Virus record (IMG/VR): IMGVR_UViG_2917398303_000005
Coordinates: 1 to 29,279 of that record
Reading direction: 5' to 3' (one strand)
From: a virus
Lineage: Duplodnaviria; Heunggongvirae; Uroviricota; Caudoviricetes
DNA length: 29,279 nt
A program made the position numbers and the translations under genes. Below the pieces are notes generated by a model. It searched no databases and was not told where the DNA came from. It worked only from the letters and a program-made list of their open reading frames with translations. Of the stretch, positions 25,177 through 29,279 are shown in pieces (positions within the stretch are counted from its first letter, which is position 1; the number at the start of each line of letters is the position of its first letter).

Positions 25177-27613
25177 TAACCTGAGGCTTGAGGTTTTGCT
25201 GAAAGCGGTCGACCAGGCGACCCGACCGCTTAAATCCATTCAGGCTGAGAGTAAAGCCCTGACGGCGGATATTCGCGACACACAAAAAGGGCTGCGTGAC
25301 CTTAACGGGCAGGCAGCAAAAATTGACGGCTTTCGTAAGGCCAGTGCACAACTGGCCGTAACGGGACAGTCGCTTGAAAAAGCGAAGCGTGAAGCCGAGG
25401 AGCTTGCTACCCAATTTAAAAACACCGAGCGACCAACTCGTGCGCAGGCGCAGGTGCTTGAATCGGCAAAGCGTGCGGCTGATGGTCTGCAGGTTAAATA
25501 CAACAGCCTTACCGAGTCGATAAAACGTCAGCAACGCGAGCTGGGTGCGGCGGGAATTAATACCCGCAACCTTGCCAATGACGAGCGAGGATTAAAAAGT
25601 CGCATAAGTGAAACGACGGCGCAGCTTAACCGCCAGCGCGAGGCACTGGCGCGCGTCAGTGCACAGCAGACGAAATTAGTCCGGGTGAAAGAGCGATATA
25701 AATCAGGCAAGGAGCTTGCCGGTAACATGGCCGCTGCAGGTGCCGCCGGGGTCGGTATCGCGACAGCGGGAACGATGGCCGGGGTTAAATTACTGATGCC
25801 CGGTTATGACTTTGCGCAGAAAAATTCCGAACTACAGGCTGTGCTCGGAGTCGATAAACAGTCGCCTGAAATGCAGGCTCTAAGCAAACAGGCGCGCCAG
25901 CTCGGCGATAATTCCGCAGCCTCTGCCGACGATGCCGCAGGTGCTCAGATCATTATCGCAAAAGCAGGTGGTGATGTGGCCGCAATTCAGGCGGCCACAC
26001 CTGTCACGCTGAACATGGCTCTTGCGAACCGTCAAACGATGGAAGAGAACGCGAAGCTGCTTCTCGGTACCAAAAACGCATTCCAACTTTCAAATGATAA
26101 GGTTGCTCATATTGGCGATGTATTGTCAGCGACAATAAATAAATCAGCTACTGACTTTCAGGGGTTAAGTGATGCCATGACTTATCTGGCTCCTGTAGCC
26201 AAGACGGCGGGAGTGAGCCTTGAAGAGGCAGCAGCAATTACCGGTGTGCTGCATGACAACACCATTACCGGCTCAATGGCCGGTACAGGTGGTACCGCTG
26301 TTGTTAGTCGACTTCAGGCTCCAACCGGAAAGGCATGGACGGCACTTAAAGAGCTGGGCGTAAAAACCTCTGACAGTAAAGGAAATATGCGCCCCATCTT
26401 TACTATTCTGAAAGAAATTCAGACAAGTTTTGATAAGCATAAGCTCGGTAATGCGCAGCAGGGGGAATACCTTAAAACGATTTTCGGAGAGGAAGCGCTG
26501 AAATCGTCAAACGTGTTACTCGCTGCTGCTGCCAGTGGCAAGCTCGACGAACTAACTGCAACGCTGAAAACCTCGAACGGAAAAACGGCGGAACTCGTTA
26601 AAATTATGCAGGATAACCTCGGTGGCGACTTTAAAGAGTTTCAGTCTGCCTATGAGGCCGTCGGTACCGACCTCTATGACCAGCAAGATAGCTCATTGCG
26701 TCAGCTAACTCAGACAGCAACACGGTATGTGCTAAAACTTGATGACTGGATCAAAGACAACAAGGAGTTAGCGGAAACTATCGGCATCATCGCCGGTGGT
26801 GCGCTGGCGCTGATTGGTATCATCGGCGGCATTGGTCTCGTTGCGTGGCCGGTTGTCATGGGGATTAATGCCATTATCGCCGCTGCTGGCGTGCTGGGTA
26901 CGGTCTTTACTGTCGTCGGTAGTGCCATTGCGACAGCGCTCGGTGCGATTACCTGGCCGATAGTGGCCGTCGGTGCGGCGATTGTTGCGGGGGCGCTACT
27001 CATCCGTAAATATTGGGAGCCCATCAGCGCATTTTTCTCGGGAGTGATTGAGGGCATCATGAGTGCCTTTGCCCCAGTCGGGGAAATGTTCGCCCCGCTG
27101 GCACCCATCTTTGATGGCCTCGGTGAGAAGCTGCGCGGCGTCTGGCAATGGTTTAGAGACCTGATTGCACCGGTCAAGGCCACGCAGGAGACGCTCGATA
27201 GCTGCAAAAATGTTGGCGTCATATTTGGTCAGGCACTGGCCTCTGCCTTGATGGCTCCGCTCAATGTTTTTAACAAGCTGCGCAGCGGTGTCGACTGGCT
27301 TCTCGAAAAGCTCGGCATCATCAACAAAGAGTCGGACAGCCTCGACCAGACCGCCGCCAAAACCAATGCCGCCACACAGGGTAATTCCTATATCCCGGCA
27401 ACCAGCACATATGGCGGCTATCAGGCTTATCAGCCAGTTACCGCACCGGCGGGGCGCTCTTACATTGACCAGAGCAAAAGCGAATACAACATCAATCTGC
27501 CGGGAGGTGTTGCGCCGGGGCATCAGCTTGACAGACAACTACGCGACACGCTCGAACAGATTGAGCGCGATAAACGCGCCCGCCAGCGTGCCAACATGAC
27601 CCACGACTATTGA
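25169..27613 (+). CDS. T: tail tape measure protein (P2 gpT-like)
   Basis: 814 aa, Ala/Gly-rich with coiled-coil N-terminal parts and a hydrophobic central block (…IGIIAGGALALIGIIGGIGLVAWPVVMGINAIIAAAGVLG…). Follows the E/E' frameshift chaperone. Confidence 0.9.
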   Translation: MSNNLRLEVLLKAVDQATRPLKSIQAESKALTADIRDTQKGLRDLNGQAAKIDGFRKASAQLAVTGQSLEKAKREAEELATQFKNTERPTRAQAQVLESAKRAADGLQVKYNSLTESIKRQQRELGAAGINTRNLANDERGLKSRISETTAQLNRQREALARVSAQQTKLVRVKERYKSGKELAGNMAAAGAAGVGIATAGTMAGVKLLMPGYDFAQKNSELQAVLGVDKQSPEMQALSKQARQLGDNSAASADDAAGAQIIIAKAGGDVAAIQAATPVTLNMALANRQTMEENAKLLLGTKNAFQLSNDKVAHIGDVLSATINKSATDFQGLSDAMTYLAPVAKTAGVSLEEAAAITGVLHDNTITGSMAGTGGTAVVSRLQAPTGKAWTALKELGVKTSDSKGNMRPIFTILKEIQTSFDKHKLGNAQQGEYLKTIFGEEALKSSNVLLAAAASGKLDELTATLKTSNGKTAELVKIMQDNLGGDFKEFQSAYEAVGTDLYDQQDSSLRQLTQTATRYVLKLDDWIKDNKELAETIGIIAGGALALIGIIGGIGLVAWPVVMGINAIIAAAGVLGTVFTVVGSAIATALGAITWPIVAVGAAIVAGALLIRKYWEPISAFFSGVIEGIMSAFAPVGEMFAPLAPIFDGLGEKLRGVWQWFRDLIAPVKATQETLDSCKNVGVIFGQALASALMAPLNVFNKLRSGVDWLLEKLGIINKESDSLDQTAAKTNAATQGNSYIPATSTYGGYQAYQPVTAPAGRSYIDQSKSEYNINLPGGVAPGHQLDRQLRDTLEQIERDKRARQRANMTHDY

Positions 27614-27626
27614 GGGGGATTAAACG

Positions 27627-28112
27627 ATGATGCTTGCTCTCGGAATGTTTGTGTTTGAACTTCGCACCCTACCTTATCAGTCGATGCAACACTCGAAAGA
27701 TTACCGCTGGGTATCTAATGACCGGGTCGGTAAGCCGCCTGCGTATCAGTTTCTTGGTGAGGGGGAAACATCTCGCCAGCTTGCCGGTACGCTTTACCCT
27801 GCAATTACCGGCGGTTGGATCTCCCTCAAGGCTGTCGAGGTGATGGCTAACGAGGGCAGAGCATGGCCGCTGATAGAGGGAACCGGCAACATTCTCGGGA
27901 TGTATATCGTCGACAGAGTATCGACCACGCACACTGAGTTTTTCAGCGACGGTGCAGCCAGAAAGATTGATTTCACTCTTTCGCTTAAACGGGTCGACGA
28001 ATCACTGACGGCGATGTTTGGCGACCTGAATAAACAGGCCAGTGAGCTTCTCGGCTCTGCCGGAAATGTGGCCGATAAGCTGCAGGGTTCGCTCGGAGGA
28101 CTTACAGCATGA
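27627..28112 (+). CDS. U: tail protein U (P2 gpU-like)
   Basis: 161 aa (P2 gpU is about 159 aa). Its stop overlaps the D start. Confidence 0.85.
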   Translation: MMLALGMFVFELRTLPYQSMQHSKDYRWVSNDRVGKPPAYQFLGEGETSRQLAGTLYPAITGGWISLKAVEVMANEGRAWPLIEGTGNILGMYIVDRVSTTHTEFFSDGAARKIDFTLSLKRVDESLTAMFGDLNKQASELLGSAGNVADKLQGSLGGLTA

Positions 28113-29279
28113 TTACGGGCATGACCATTGACGCCAGTGCCAGCCTTGCACCGGCATTTATGCTGACGCTGAACAGCCAGGACATTACCAGCAATTTTAG
28201 TGACCGGCTGATTTCTCTTTCCATGACCGACAACCGGGGCTTTGAAGCTGACCAGCTCGACATTGAGCTCGACGACTCTGACGGCAAAGTCGAATTACCC
28301 CTGCGCGGGGCAGTGCTGACGTTGTGGCTTGGCTGGCAGGGTTCGGCACTTCTGAATAAGGGTGATTTCACGGTCGATGAGATTGAGCACCGGGGCGCGC
28401 CTGATACCCTGACCATCCGTGCACGCAGTGCAGACTTTCGCGGTTCGCTCAATTCCAGGCGTGAAGAATCATGGCATGACACCACCCTCGACGAACTGGT
28501 CAGCACCATTGCGAAACGCAACAAACTGACGGCCAGCGTAGCGGATGCACTAAAAAAAAATCCCAGTATCGCATATCGACCAGTCGCAGGAGTCCGACTC
28601 GGTATTTCTGACCCGACTGGCTGACCGAAACGGAGCTGCGGTATCAGTGAAAGCGGGGAAACTGCTGTTTATGAAAGCGGGGAGCGCGACGACGGTCAGC
28701 GGTAAGCCAATTCCGCAAATGACGTTGACCCGTAGCGACGGTGACCGTCATCAGTTTGCTATCGCTGACCGTGGGGCTTATACCGGCGTAACCGCTAAAT
28801 GGTTGCACACTAAAGACCCGAAGCCGCAAAAGCAGAAAGTTACGCTGAAACGACAGCCAAAAGAGAAACACCTGCGCGCACTGGAACACCCGAAAGCAAA
28901 GCCGGTCAGCAAAAAGACAAAGGCCAAAAAAGAGCAGGAAGCACGCGAGGGTGAGTACATGACCGGTGAAGCCGATAACGTGCTGGCGCTTACGACGGTC
29001 TACGCATCAAAGGCACAGGCGATGCGCGCCGCTCAGGCTAAGTGGGATAAGCTGCAACGAGGTGTTGCCGAGTTTTCAATTACGCTGGCGCTCGGTCGCG
29101 CTGATTTATTTCCCGAGACGCCAGTGCGCGTATCAGGCTTTAAGCGCGTCATAGACGAGCAATCTTGGTTAATCAGTAAGGTAACTCACAATCTGAATAA
29201 TAATGGCTTCACGACGGGGCTAGAGCTTGAGGTTCAGCTTTCGGAAGTAGAGTACAGTTCAGAGGAAGATAGAGATTGA
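28109..29279 (+). pseudogene. D: tail protein D (P2 gpD-like), frame broken at an A9 homopolymer (28552-28560), or a sequencing error
   Basis: ORFs 28109-28624 and 28647-29279 together give about 390 codons (P2 gpD is about 387 aa). The downstream frame is already open and gpD-like upstream of its ATG (IPVSHIDQSQESDSVFLTRLADRNGAAVSVKAGKLLF…). The frames switch at the A9 run; one A fewer would restore a continuous ORF. Confidence 0.7.

Overview
The window is almost entirely one P2/186-family temperate myovirus prophage (Enterobacteriaceae-like), running from just outside the integrase end to the stop codon of tail gene D; ogr/B and the far attachment site lie outside it. Gene order matches the P2 prophage map: int, CI-type repressor, cox/apl-like, 186-type CII, small early ORFs, replication initiator A, an accessory locus at the P2 tin/old position, cos, then Q, P, O, N, M, L, X, holin, endolysin, lysB/lysC, R, S, V, W, J, I, H, G, FI, FII, E/E+E', T, U, D. 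The early region is 186-like (CII, a LexA box in front of a DinI-like gene) and the late region is P2-like. All calls rest on reading the translations, synteny and motifs by eye; no database search was run. The most likely place for an undescribed system is the accessory locus between A and cos (7711-9664), chiefly a reverse-oriented 143-aa gene with a small divergent partner, next to hairpin-bearing direct repeats. Other items of note are a repressor with a duplicated HTH domain, two AT-rich islands (secreted proteins next to int; convergent overlapping ORFs before A), and three possible lesions (a frameshifted terminase, a frameshifted gene D at an A9 run, and an in-frame amber between a 60-aa ORF and the DinI-like ORF) that either mark a defective prophage or are assembly errors.
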